Shown: positions 1-8,938 of the stretch, one piece after another
Position numbering within the stretch: the stretch's first letter is position 1
Layout of the letters: every line of letters starts with the position of its first letter
Assembly (NCBI GenBank): GCA_024958715.1
Contig: JANWUS010000044.1
Location: 5,009-69,008, forward strand
Direction of reading: 5' to 3'
Source of the DNA: Cyanobium sp. FGCU52
GTDB lineage: Bacteria; Cyanobacteriota; Cyanobacteriia; PCC-6307; Cyanobiaceae
DNA: 64,000 nucleotides
Made by a program: the position numbers and the translations under genes
The notes under the pieces: generated by a model
Told to the model about the DNA's origin: nothing
What the model saw: the letters and a program-made list of their open reading frames with translations, nothing else
The model's database searches: none

Positions 1-989
1 CTAGCCCGCCTCACGGGTGCATCTTTCAGAATGCTTTGCATAGAGTTCGCGGTCGAGAAAAGAATGATGTTCGCTACCTAGGCTACTGCCTAAAGCAGGC
101 GGCAGAAGCAGGGTGGTTTGACGTCTTATGCAACAGAGCCACGATTGCCCATTTCACAGTTGAAAAGTTGCGCGAACTTCGCATTCACCTGCCCTGTGCC
201 GAAACTCAGCGTCTCATCGCCAACTACCTCGACCGCGAAACCGCCTGCATCGACAAGCTGATCGCCGAAAAGGAGCGCATGCTGGCCTTGCTGGATGAAA
301 AGCGTTCCGCTCTCATCAGCCGTGTTGTCACCCGTGGGCTTGATCCCAATGCGCCGCTCAAGTCGTCCGGACTGGAGTGGTTGGGGGAGATTCCGGCGCA
401 TTGGACAATTGAGAGAGCCAAGAACCTGTTTGCAGTTCGAGATGAACGATCAGATGACGGATTGGAAGAACTTCTAACCGTGTCGCATATCACAGGGGTT
501 ACCTCGCGTTCCGAAAAGAACGTGTATATGTTTGAGGCGGACGACAAAGCTGGTTACAAACGCTGCCTGCCTGGTGACCTCGCAGTCAATACACTGTGGG
601 CGTGGATGGGCGCAATGGGAATCAGCCCCTTGGAAGGCATCGTCAGCCCTGACTATCACGTCTACACATCCAAGGGAGAGTTGCTACCGGAGTACATTGA
701 TCTCCTGTGCCGCTCAAAGCCCTTCGTGGCTGAAGTGATCCGTTGGTCAAAGGGAGTCTGGTCTTCTCGTTTGCGCTTGTATCCCGAGAACTTTTTCGAA
801 ATGCGTCTCCCTGTCCCCCCAAAGAGCGAGCAACTCGAGATTTGCAGAGCAGTAGAAGCGGACCAACGAAAGGCAAATAATCTGAGAGATAGCTTGCATT
901 TGTCAATAACATTAGCTAAAGAACGCCGCTCCGCTTTGATTGCCGCCGCTGTCACCGGCCAAATTCCGCTAGAGGATATGGACGAATGA
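1..989 (+). CDS. hsdS: Type I restriction-modification specificity subunit S, 5'-truncated by the window edge
   Basis: The frame of the 36..989 ORF is open back to position 3. It has HsdS conserved-region motifs (LP..ETQRLIANYLDRET..ID.LI; KSSGLEWLGEIPAHW; ERRSALIAAAVTGQI) separating variable TRDs. Confidence 0.93.
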   Translation, partial: SPPHGCIFQNALHRVRGREKNDVRYLGYCLKQAAEAGWFDVLCNRATIAHFTVEKLRELRIHLPCAETQRLIANYLDRETACIDKLIAEKERMLALLDEKRSALISRVVTRGLDPNAPLKSSGLEWLGEIPAHWTIERAKNLFAVRDERSDDGLEELLTVSHITGVTSRSEKNVYMFEADDKAGYKRCLPGDLAVNTLWAWMGAMGISPLEGIVSPDYHVYTSKGELLPEYIDLLCRSKPFVAEVIRWSKGVWSSRLRLYPENFFEMRLPVPPKSEQLEICRAVEADQRKANNLRDSLHLSITLAKERRSALIAAAVTGQIPLEDMDE

Positions 990-2299
990 AACTTGAAAGC
1001 ATATCGCTTGCACACTGCGGCGGTTTCGAGCAACTTGATATTGCCTTTGAGCAGGATGTGACTCTAGTCGCAGGCGTCAACGGCGTAGGTAAATCCACAG
1101 TGCTGCACGCCTTGGCGGTCGTTCTGTCACGGGCACTTCCAGAATTCACGCCATCACGCTCCGCTCCTCTGTATTTCACAGATGACGACATTCACGCTGA
1201 AAAGGGCTCGTTGGAAGTGAGTGTCTGCCTTCAGCTCGATGGCCAGACCACTAACGCAGGGGTGCAGCGTCTACGTTCAGCCGAGGAGAAGGGAGACCGC
1301 TTCATCCTGTTGCGGCAGGCCGAATCCGCCACTGGCGCCGCTGATTTCGCGGACGTGCTCAACGCTCGCACGCTGACCGGCGATCTTGAGGCCGGCATGA
1401 AGGAAATGCGCACGGTGCTGGCCTCCCTGAAGAGCGCCGCCCACCCACCGCTTGCGGTGTATTTCACCCCCAAGCGACAGCTGCCCGGCCAGCCCCGCAG
1501 CCTGCCGGAGGCCAGGCCATTCGAGGTATCCATGGCCTTCAGCCGGGCGCTTCACGATCGTGAAATTGAGCTGCGGGAGTTCATGTATTGGTTCCGCACC
1601 CAGGAGAAGCTGGGCACGGCAGAGGAGCCGCGGCGCTTGAAGGTGTTGGACGCACTCCGGTCCGTTGTCACCGACCTGGTGCCTGAATTCAGCAATCTGC
1701 GGATCCAGGAGCACCCTCGCCTCGGGTTCGTGGTGGACAAGCGCGGCCAGCCCTTCTATCTGCACCAACTATCCGACGGCGAGCGTGGCCTGTTGGCCCT
1801 GGTTTTTGATCTCACCCGACGCTTGGCGATCGCGAATCCAGATAGTGACGATCCCATATCCGCAGGTGTGGCGCTGGTCTTGATCGATGAGATCGAGCTG
1901 CATCTGCATCCCAAATGGCAACGCAATGTCTTGCAGCGCTTGTGCGACATCTTCAAGGCTTGCCAATTCGTGGTGACCACCCATTCACCCCTTGTGCTGG
2001 GTGAGGTGCCGGCGCGTTGTGTGCGCTTCCTCGAATTCGTCGATGGCAAAGTGAAGGTGTTCACTCCCTCAGAGGCGTATGGCATGGATGCCAACCGCAT
2101 TCTGCAGGAGTTCATGGGGGCGCCGGTACGTAATCGGCAGGTGGAGGAAGAACTTGCGAATCTCTTCGAGTTGATTGACAATGAGGAGTTCGACAATGCT
2201 CGAATTGCGATGGCAGCGCTTGAAGAAAAGCTTGGCACAGCTGAGCCCGAATTAACCCGCGCCAGTTCGCTGATTCGCTTTCTGGAGGGCACTGACTGA
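986..2299 (+). CDS. ABC-type AAA ATPase, Septu PtuA / retron-effector-like
   Basis: Walker A GVNGVGKS, signature QLSDGERG, Walker B LVLIDEIELHLHPKWQR, H-loop TTHSP; immediately upstream of an HNH gene; ATGA overlap with hsdS. Confidence 0.8.
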   Translation: MKLESISLAHCGGFEQLDIAFEQDVTLVAGVNGVGKSTVLHALAVVLSRALPEFTPSRSAPLYFTDDDIHAEKGSLEVSVCLQLDGQTTNAGVQRLRSAEEKGDRFILLRQAESATGAADFADVLNARTLTGDLEAGMKEMRTVLASLKSAAHPPLAVYFTPKRQLPGQPRSLPEARPFEVSMAFSRALHDREIELREFMYWFRTQEKLGTAEEPRRLKVLDALRSVVTDLVPEFSNLRIQEHPRLGFVVDKRGQPFYLHQLSDGERGLLALVFDLTRRLAIANPDSDDPISAGVALVLIDEIELHLHPKWQRNVLQRLCDIFKACQFVVTTHSPLVLGEVPARCVRFLEFVDGKVKVFTPSEAYGMDANRILQEFMGAPVRNRQVEEELANLFELIDNEEFDNARIAMAALEEKLGTAEPELTRASSLIRFLEGTD

Positions 2300-2929
2300 A
2301 TGCGCACCATCCAGAAGGGCCCAGAGCCCCCCACACTCACGCAGCACCGGAAACAGCCACATGCCGTCTACGACAACTATCCAGATAAAGAGGCCTTAAG
2401 GGTCGCGCTTATTGCTGAACAGCGCGGTCTGTGCTGCTATTGCCAATCCCGCATCAGGCCATCGCACGAGCACATGAAGATTGAGCACTGGCAATGCCAG
2501 GACGCTCATCCGGATCGCCAGCTCGATTTCAGCAACTTGCATGGTGCTTGCCTTGGCGGCGAGGGGAGGCCGTACCGTGAGCAACATTGCGATACTCGCA
2601 AAGGCAAAGATGTGCTGTGCTTCAGCGTCTGCGATTCAACTCGCCCCATCGAGCACAAGATTCATTTCAAGGGCGATGGCAGAATCACTTCAGATGATCC
2701 TGCCATCGAGCAGGATATCAATGGGGTGCTGAATCTCAATCTGACAAGGTTGGTGAACAATCGCAAGGCTGTGCTGACTGCATTCAAGGAGCGGTTGGCG
2801 AGGGGGCCGCGACTCGATCCAGCCCGAGAACTTCAGAAATGGGACGGCAGCCAATCAGGTGAGCTGGAGCCATTCGCCCAAGTTGTCGTGTATTACTTGC
2901 AAAAACGGCAAGCCAGGCCCATTCGATGA
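2300..2929 (+). CDS. HNH endonuclease, TIGR02646 / PtuB-like
   Basis: [10 protein letters not shown]...IEHW...NLHGAC...HCDTRKG Zn/HNH motifs; the start codon abuts the ATPase stop (TGA 2297-2299, ATG 2300). Confidence 0.82.
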   Translation: MRTIQKGPEPPTLTQHRKQPHAVYDNYPDKEALRVALIAEQRGLCCYCQSRIRPSHEHMKIEHWQCQDAHPDRQLDFSNLHGACLGGEGRPYREQHCDTRKGKDVLCFSVCDSTRPIEHKIHFKGDGRITSDDPAIEQDINGVLNLNLTRLVNNRKAVLTAFKERLARGPRLDPARELQKWDGSQSGELEPFAQVVVYYLQKRQARPIR

Positions 2930-3528
2930 AGCCCATGGCTATCGAGGTTGCCACCAGTTCCCCCACCTGCTGGATCATCGCAGGCCCCAATGGCGCGGGC
3001 AAAACCACCTTTGCCCTGGAGTTTCTGCCGCGCACCGGCTGCATGCACTTCATCAATGCCGACCTGATCGCCGCCGGCCTGGCTCCCTTGGCACCTGAGC
3101 GAGAGTTGCTGGCGGCCAGCCGCCTGGTTCTGTGGGAACTCGAAACACGCATCGCGGCCCGCGACAGCTTTGCCTTCGAGACCACCCTCGCCGGCCGCAC
3201 CTATCTGCGCCTGGTTGAGCGCTTACGGCAACAGAGCTGGCGCGTGGAATTGATCTACCTGGCGCTGCCCAGCCCTGAAATGTCCGCCCTGCGGGTAGCC
3301 GAGCGCGTGGCTCACGGCGGCCACAACATCCCACAGTCCGACATCCAGCGCCGCTTTCCCCGCAGCCTGCGCCACCTGCTCCATGAGTTCAGCCATAGGG
3401 TGGATCGCTGCACCTGCTTCATGAACCACGCAGCCCGCCCAGTGCTGGTGTTCGAGCAAAATGGGCTGACGCGCACGATCCACGATCCCAGCTGGTATCA
3501 GCTGCTGCTCCACCAGGCCCAGGCATGA
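2926..3528 (+). CDS. Zeta-toxin-like P-loop NTPase (COG4185-like)
   Basis: [44 protein letters not shown] motifs typical of this family; ATGA overlaps on both sides. Confidence 0.75.
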   Translation: MKPMAIEVATSSPTCWIIAGPNGAGKTTFALEFLPRTGCMHFINADLIAAGLAPLAPERELLAASRLVLWELETRIAARDSFAFETTLAGRTYLRLVERLRQQSWRVELIYLALPSPEMSALRVAERVAHGGHNIPQSDIQRRFPRSLRHLLHEFSHRVDRCTCFMNHAARPVLVFEQNGLTRTIHDPSWYQLLLHQAQA

Positions 3529-3725
3529 CCACAACCACCAACACCCCCCAGGCCAGCCCCTCAGAACACGGCCGCCAGCTGCTGGACGCCCTCGGCCAGT
3601 CCGTCGCCAAGGCTCTGGACACCAAACGGCGCCTGGGCCACTACGCCGTGACCTGGCAGAACGGCAAACCCCTGCTGGTCGGCGATGACGCACCACCAAC
3701 CCAAGCGGCACCACCGGGCCGATGA
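3525..3725 (+). CDS. 66-aa protein coupled to the zeta-like gene (possible antitoxin or partner)
   Basis: ATGA overlaps with both neighbours; the [22 protein letters not shown] segment resembles small proteins I recall downstream of this NTPase family. Confidence 0.6.
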   Translation: MTTTTNTPQASPSEHGRQLLDALGQSVAKALDTKRRLGHYAVTWQNGKPLLVGDDAPPTQAAPPGR

Positions 3726-6700
3726 GCGACAAGCGCGTCTCCGAAACCGCCTTTGAGACGGTGATCGAAGCCCAGCTGCTCGCCGCTGGTTACACGGCGG
3801 TGGATGGCCAGGCCTTTGATCGCGAGCGCGCCATCTTCCCCGAGGAGGCGCTGGCCTTCATTCGCACCACCCAACCGCAGATCTGGAGCAAGCTGGAGGC
3901 CCTGCACGGCGAGCAGACCGGCCCTCGCGTGCTGGAGGCGCTGTGCAAGTGGCTCGACAGCTACGGAGCGCTGGCCACCTTGCGCCATGGCTTCAAGTGC
4001 TTCGGCAAAACCCTGCGGATCGCCTTCTTCCGGCCCGCCCATGGGCTCAATCCTGAGCTGGAGGCCCGTTATCAGGCCAATCGCGTTGGGCTCACACGCC
4101 AGCTGCACTTCAGCCCCAGATCCGAGCAATCGCTTGATGTGGTGCTGTCGGTGAATGGAATCCCAGTGGTCACGCTGGAACTCAAGAATCCACTGACAGG
4201 CCAGACCGTCAAGCACGCGATCAATCAATACCGGCAGGATCGTGATCCTCGTGAGCCGATCTTTGTCTTCACCAAGCGCAGCCTGGTGCATTTCGCGGTG
4301 GATACAGAAGAAGCCCATATGACCACCCGCCTGGCCGGATCCTCCACCCACTTCCTACCCTTCAACAAAGGTTTCAAGGGCAATGCTGGCAATCCACCAG
4401 ATCCCGAAGGCAGAAACTACAAGACAGCCTATCTCTGGGAAGAGGTGCTCCAGCGTGACAGTCTGCTCGATCTGCTGGCCCGCTTCCTGCATCTCTCCGT
4501 GGAGGAGAAGACGTCCGACCAAGGCAAGAAGATCCGCAAGGAAAGCCTGATCTTTCCCCGCTATCACCAGTTGGAAGCGGTCAGGTCGCTGCTTGCAGCG
4601 GTCGTCCGTGAAGGCGTTGGCCACAACTATCTGATTGAAAATTCTGCAGGCAGCGGCAAAAGCAATACCATCGCCTGGCTGTCACATCGTCTCTCCAGTC
4701 TTCATGACGATCAGGATCAGCGCCTCTTCGACAGCGTCGTCGTGATCACCGATCGCCTTGTTCTCGATCGCCAGCTGCAAGACACGATCTATCAATTCGA
4801 CCACCGTCAGGGCGTGGTACAGAAGATTGATGAAGATTCACGCCAGCTCGCCGAAGCCCTGCAGGCTGGTGTGCCGATCATCATCACAACCCTGCAGAAG
4901 TTTCCCTTTGTGAGCGAGCAGCTGTACAAGCTCAATGAGGAGCGAGGCCAAGCAGGTCAGGATCATCTGCCCACCCGCAAGTATGCGGTGATCATTGATG
5001 AGGCTCACAGCTCACAGTCGGGCGAAACAGCCACCGAACTCAAAGGCGTGCTTGGGGGTGCAGATCTTCGTAACAAAGCCAAGCAGATGGCGGACGAGGA
5101 AGAGGGTGTGGCACTGGAAGGCGTCTTTCGAGCCATGGCCAAGCGAGGCCAGCAAGCCAACATCAGCTTCTTCGCCTTTACAGCCACGCCCAAATACAAA
5201 ACATTTGTCCTGTTTGGACGCAATGGCGATGCTTTCCACCGCTACACCATGCGGCAGGCCATCGACGAGGGCTTCATCGAAGACGTGCTCAAGAACTATG
5301 TCACCTATAAAACCTATTACAAGCTGCTCAAGAAAGCGGAACAAGACCCGCATGTGGAGCGCAAGAAGGCGGCCAAGGCCCTCGCCCGCTTCATGAAGCT
5401 GCACCCCCACAACATCGCCCAAAAGACCGAAGTGATGGTGGAGCACTTCTATCTGTCCACACGCCACAAGATCGGTGGCCATGCCAAAGCAATTGTTGTG
5501 ACGGGCTCGCGCCTGGAGGCGGTGCGCTACAAGCAAGGGTTTGATCAGTACATCCAAGCCAAGGGATATCCGATCAGGAGCCTCGTCGCCTTTTCCGGCA
5601 AAGTCGAAGACGACAAGCTACCTAACACGAGCTATACAGAAGTCGACATGAACGGTGGCATCAAGGAAAAGGATCTGCCCGAGGCCTTCGCAACCCCCGA
5701 GTATCAGGTGCTTTTGGTGGCTGAAAAGTACCAGACCGGCTTCGATCAACCCTTGCTGCACACCATGTATGTCGACAAGCGGCTCTCTGGTATCCAGGCC
5801 GTCCAGACCCTGTCGCGCCTGAACCGCACCCATCCGCTCAAGGAAGACACCTTTGTCTTGGATTTTGTCAACAATCCAGAAGAGATCCAGGAAGCCTTCA
5901 AGCAATATTATGACGGCGCTGTGATGGGAGAAGAGGTTGATCCCGATAGGCTCTATGAACTAAAGGTTGATCTCGACGCATCTGGCATTTACCTGCAAAG
6001 CGAAGTCGATGAATTCTGTAGAATGTTCTTTGCTCCAAAACGCCGTCAGAGCCCAAGCGATCACAAAGCGATCAACGCCATTCTTGATCAAGCACGAGCA
6101 CGTTTTGTGCAATTCCAAGCCAAGGATGACGAAGAGGCTGAGCTATGGCGCGGCAAACTGCAAGCCTTCAGCAACCTATACAGCTTCCTCAGCCAGGTCA
6201 TCCCCTATCAGGACAGCGACTTAGAAAAGCTGTATACCTACCTTCGCCATCTGGCGCTGAAGCTTCCTAAACGAAGCCTCGGCAAGAGCTACCAGTTCGA
6301 CGACGAGATCGATCTCAACTATTACCGGCTGCAGAAAATCAGCGAAGGCTCAATCAGCCTCTCTGAAGGGCAAGCCACACCATTGGACGGCCCCCATGAG
6401 GTGGGAACTGGCTTATCCCGGCCAGAGCAGGTTCCGCTCTCTCGCTTGATTGATCTGATCAACGAACGTTTTGGCGGTGAACTCAACGACGCTGATCAGC
6501 TCTTCTTCGATCAGATTGTCGAGACAGCGAGCCAAAGCGAAGGCCTTGAGCAAGCTGCCAAAGTGAACTCTCTTGATAAGTTTCGACTTGTCTTTAACCA
6601 GACCTTGGACGCATTGTTTATTGAGCGCATGGAGCTCAATGAAGAACTCTTTGCCGACTACATGGGCAGACCCGAACTGCGGGATTTGATCAGCGACACC

Positions 6701-6742
6701 TTGGGGAAGCAGGTCTACAAGCGATTTCGTGAGCCAATGTGA
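3722..6742 (+). CDS. hsdR: Type I restriction endonuclease subunit R
   Basis: 1006 aa; nuclease motif DVVLSVNGIPVVTLELKN, helicase motifs SAGSGKS, IIDEAHSSQ, FTATP, TGFDQP and QTLSRLNR. Confidence 0.95.
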   Translation: MSDKRVSETAFETVIEAQLLAAGYTAVDGQAFDRERAIFPEEALAFIRTTQPQIWSKLEALHGEQTGPRVLEALCKWLDSYGALATLRHGFKCFGKTLRIAFFRPAHGLNPELEARYQANRVGLTRQLHFSPRSEQSLDVVLSVNGIPVVTLELKNPLTGQTVKHAINQYRQDRDPREPIFVFTKRSLVHFAVDTEEAHMTTRLAGSSTHFLPFNKGFKGNAGNPPDPEGRNYKTAYLWEEVLQRDSLLDLLARFLHLSVEEKTSDQGKKIRKESLIFPRYHQLEAVRSLLAAVVREGVGHNYLIENSAGSGKSNTIAWLSHRLSSLHDDQDQRLFDSVVVITDRLVLDRQLQDTIYQFDHRQGVVQKIDEDSRQLAEALQAGVPIIITTLQKFPFVSEQLYKLNEERGQAGQDHLPTRKYAVIIDEAHSSQSGETATELKGVLGGADLRNKAKQMADEEEGVALEGVFRAMAKRGQQANISFFAFTATPKYKTFVLFGRNGDAFHRYTMRQAIDEGFIEDVLKNYVTYKTYYKLLKKAEQDPHVERKKAAKALARFMKLHPHNIAQKTEVMVEHFYLSTRHKIGGHAKAIVVTGSRLEAVRYKQGFDQYIQAKGYPIRSLVAFSGKVEDDKLPNTSYTEVDMNGGIKEKDLPEAFATPEYQVLLVAEKYQTGFDQPLLHTMYVDKRLSGIQAVQTLSRLNRTHPLKEDTFVLDFVNNPEEIQEAFKQYYDGAVMGEEVDPDRLYELKVDLDASGIYLQSEVDEFCRMFFAPKRRQSPSDHKAINAILDQARARFVQFQAKDDEEAELWRGKLQAFSNLYSFLSQVIPYQDSDLEKLYTYLRHLALKLPKRSLGKSYQFDDEIDLNYYRLQKISEGSISLSEGQATPLDGPHEVGTGLSRPEQVPLSRLIDLINERFGGELNDADQLFFDQIVETASQSEGLEQAAKVNSLDKFRLVFNQTLDALFIERMELNEELFADYMGRPELRDLISDTLGKQVYKRFREPM

Positions 6743-6765
6743 CTGCGAGGTATCTGTTGGCGGAG

Positions 6766-6854
6766 GTCGAACAATCCGATGCAACTGACCCGCATCCAGT
6801 GCGTCCATTGATCACCACAAGATCTTTGCGGGCAGGTGATCGGAAGCGTTCGAA
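6766..6854 (+). mobile_element. attC site 1 (integron cassette recombination site), 89 bp
   Basis: GTCGAAC (6766-6772) ... GTTCGAA (6848-6854). Left arm tccgat[g]caactg[a]cccgca pairs with right arm tgcgggcaggtgatcgga, with two unpaired bases and one mismatch. It lies 23 nt after the hsdR stop. Confidence 0.8.
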
Positions 6855-6982
6855 GGAGGATTGAAGCTCTATCCACATGGGTCGTTCATACCGTAAAGAT
6901 TTATGCCTATTTTACGCTGATGCGCCGGCCGCTTGCCTTGGCAAGGAAATACTGGAAAAAATCCACTTCATGGAGGAGCATC

Positions 6983-7252
6983 ATGAGTCTTTGGTTCGTG
7001 ACAGTTCCCGGGAAACTTGATCGGTACTTTTATTGCGAGAGCCAGTCAGTCAACAATGCTTTTGAGTTAATTAAGAAAAGCTTAGGTTGGCCGTCATTGT
7101 CCTGTGATGCAACGGGCGAGGGGCCAACAGCAAGTGCAGTCAATATGTTCAAGCCCTCGGATGAGATTCTTATTATTTTGGCACGAGATGGCATATTTGA
7201 AATAAGAAACGCTGAGAGTATGCCACCATCGCAATCTCTTATGCCATTCTAA
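6983..7252 (+). CDS. Orphan 89-aa protein, first ORF of cassette 6849-8835
   Basis: GGAGGAG Shine-Dalgarno just before ATG 6983. The longer 6836 start lies inside attC1 and is unlikely. No recognisable domain. Confidence 0.55.
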   Translation: MSLWFVTVPGKLDRYFYCESQSVNNAFELIKKSLGWPSLSCDATGEGPTASAVNMFKPSDEILIILARDGIFEIRNAESMPPSQSLMPF

Positions 7253-7259
7253 ATAAAAT

Positions 7260-7282
7260 GTGGTTTCCGGTACTGGAACCAC
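7260..7282. other. Intergenic hairpin between the two ORFs of the cassette
   Basis: gtggtttcc-ggtact-ggaaccac imperfect inverted repeat; no U-tract on the + strand. Confidence 0.35.
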
Positions 7283-7321
7283 GCCGCTAACTCACTCAAT
7301 CAAAACCATCTGAGGTGTCTT

Positions 7322-8688
7322 ATGGAACTGACGGCCGTCCTTGCTTCTGAATACATCAATCTTTGGGATAACTGCACGATCAACCCACGCTATGAAAGTG
7401 ACGTAGTTTGGTCTATTCAGAAAATCAGCGAGAGTAGACAGCTCTACGAGAAAGTCTCCGCAAAGACAGGTGTGCCCTGGTATGTAATAGCCGTTATCCA
7501 CAGTCTTGAGTCAAGTATAGATTTTAGCACGCATCTTCATAATGGAGACCCATTGTCCTCACGAACTAAAAACGTGCCTCAAGGCAGGCCTTTACATGGC
7601 ACTCCTCCATTTACATGGGAAGATTCAGCTATTGATGCCTTAAACTATGATGGCGCTTGTGGAGTAAGAAACTGGGATTTACCCACTCTTTTTGGTTTCT
7701 TGAAGGGTTTAATGGTTGGGGATATAGGATAGGCTCTGGCAGGAAAACTACACCAGCGCAACGTAGTGCGTACTTATTTTCAGGAACGAATCATTATGAA
7801 AAGGGGAAATATGTCGCCGACGGGTCCTTTGACCCGGAAGCCATTAGTGCACAGGTTGGCTGTATGGCCTTGCTCAAAGCACTTGAGAAGAATGGCCAAA
7901 TATGCATATCTCCATCAGCTGGGGAGCAGCTTAATGAAAACATAGTGGGATCAGTTCAAGCCTGGCAGCACCTCCTGAACGGGTGTGGATATCTACCATC
8001 ACTGATTATAAATGGACATCTTGATGCTGCTACAGTCCAGTTAACTAAGAGTTTCCAGACGGATTTAGGATTAGACGTAACGGGAGGTGTTGATTTGTCG
8101 ACCTGGAAGGCTGGCCTGAGGCATAAGAAGCTTCCAGGATGGCAACAAATTGTCCCACCACTATCCTCTATCAAAAATCCACCACCACGTATAGCGCAAA
8201 AGAATCCGAGGAATTATGCTAGCGGTGGTAACACAACAAGAAGGCTTCATGACTTTTATTCACGAGAAAACAACTATGATTCTGTTTACGACAATGTCAT
8301 GAGTTGGTACGGCACAACTAGCAACGGGTGTACCGCTTTTGTTTCAACCGCGCTTCGACTAATTGACTATGATGTGCCGATTGAGACCAATGCCGAAGGA
8401 TTTAATATTTCTCTTTGGACGGCAGCTCTCTCAGGGTACCTGGAAGATAAAGGCTGGAAAAGATCGGACCTTGCTAATAACATGTTGCCAGGCGATATCG
8501 TTTTTACTGACGATGGTGGGTATGATGATGGCATACCTTGCCACGTATATGTATTCTCTAAATGGCATGACTCATCCAAAGAAGTCGCATGGGTTATAGA
8601 CAATCAGGCCTTCACTCATAGACGTAACATCTACGCTGGTGGTGGTGGCTTCAACTTCTCTCCCTTTGCATATTTTTTACGCGACTAG
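7322..8688 (+). pseudogene. Three-domain peptidoglycan hydrolase (COG5526-like lysozyme + PG-binding + NlpC/P60-like), split by a -1 frameshift at 7689-7693
   Basis: ORF 7322..7732 has TGVPW..IAVIH.LES..DF.THLHNGDPL..RT..VP.GRP..PPFTWEDSA.DAL. ORF 7657..8688 continues it with EGFNGWGY...YLFSGT..Y.KGKYV.DG.FD, then a PG-binding-like segment and a GCTAFVS...PGDIVF...HV papain-like domain. Adding one T to the T5 run gives the continuous reading LPTLFWFLEGFNG. Confidence 0.75.
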
Positions 8689-8749
8689 ACTTATCATGAT
8701 ATTGGCCATAGTGGCTGGCCTATAGATATGGGTTGTTTAGATGATCCCC

Positions 8750-8841
8750 TTCGAACAAGCCCCTCGAGTGGACAGGCCCCCACTAGCCCTCTGCTGCGCC
8801 ACCCAGAGCTCCCTGCCTGCCACTCAGGGGCAGCGTTGGAA
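8750..8841 (+). mobile_element. attC site 2, 92 bp
   Basis: TTCGAAC (8750-8756) is the exact reverse complement of GTTCGAA at 6848, which opens this cassette. Arms gcccct[c]gagtgg / ccactcaggggc; ends GTTGGAA (8835-8841). Confidence 0.82.
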
Positions 8842-8938
8842 GGGCTCCAGAGATATTACGAAGCGATAGCAAGCTTCAAATACGAATGCCGACTCTTACA
8901 GCCATCCGCAAGTGAAGTTATTATGATATATTACTCTT

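Noticed and set aside
6836-6982. Longer N-terminus for the 6836..7252 ORF
   Set aside because: The start lies within attC1, and a strong SD supports ATG 6983.
7686-7696. Canonical programmed -1 ribosomal frameshift
   Set aside because: No X XXY YYZ heptamer in the correct frame and no obvious downstream stimulator.
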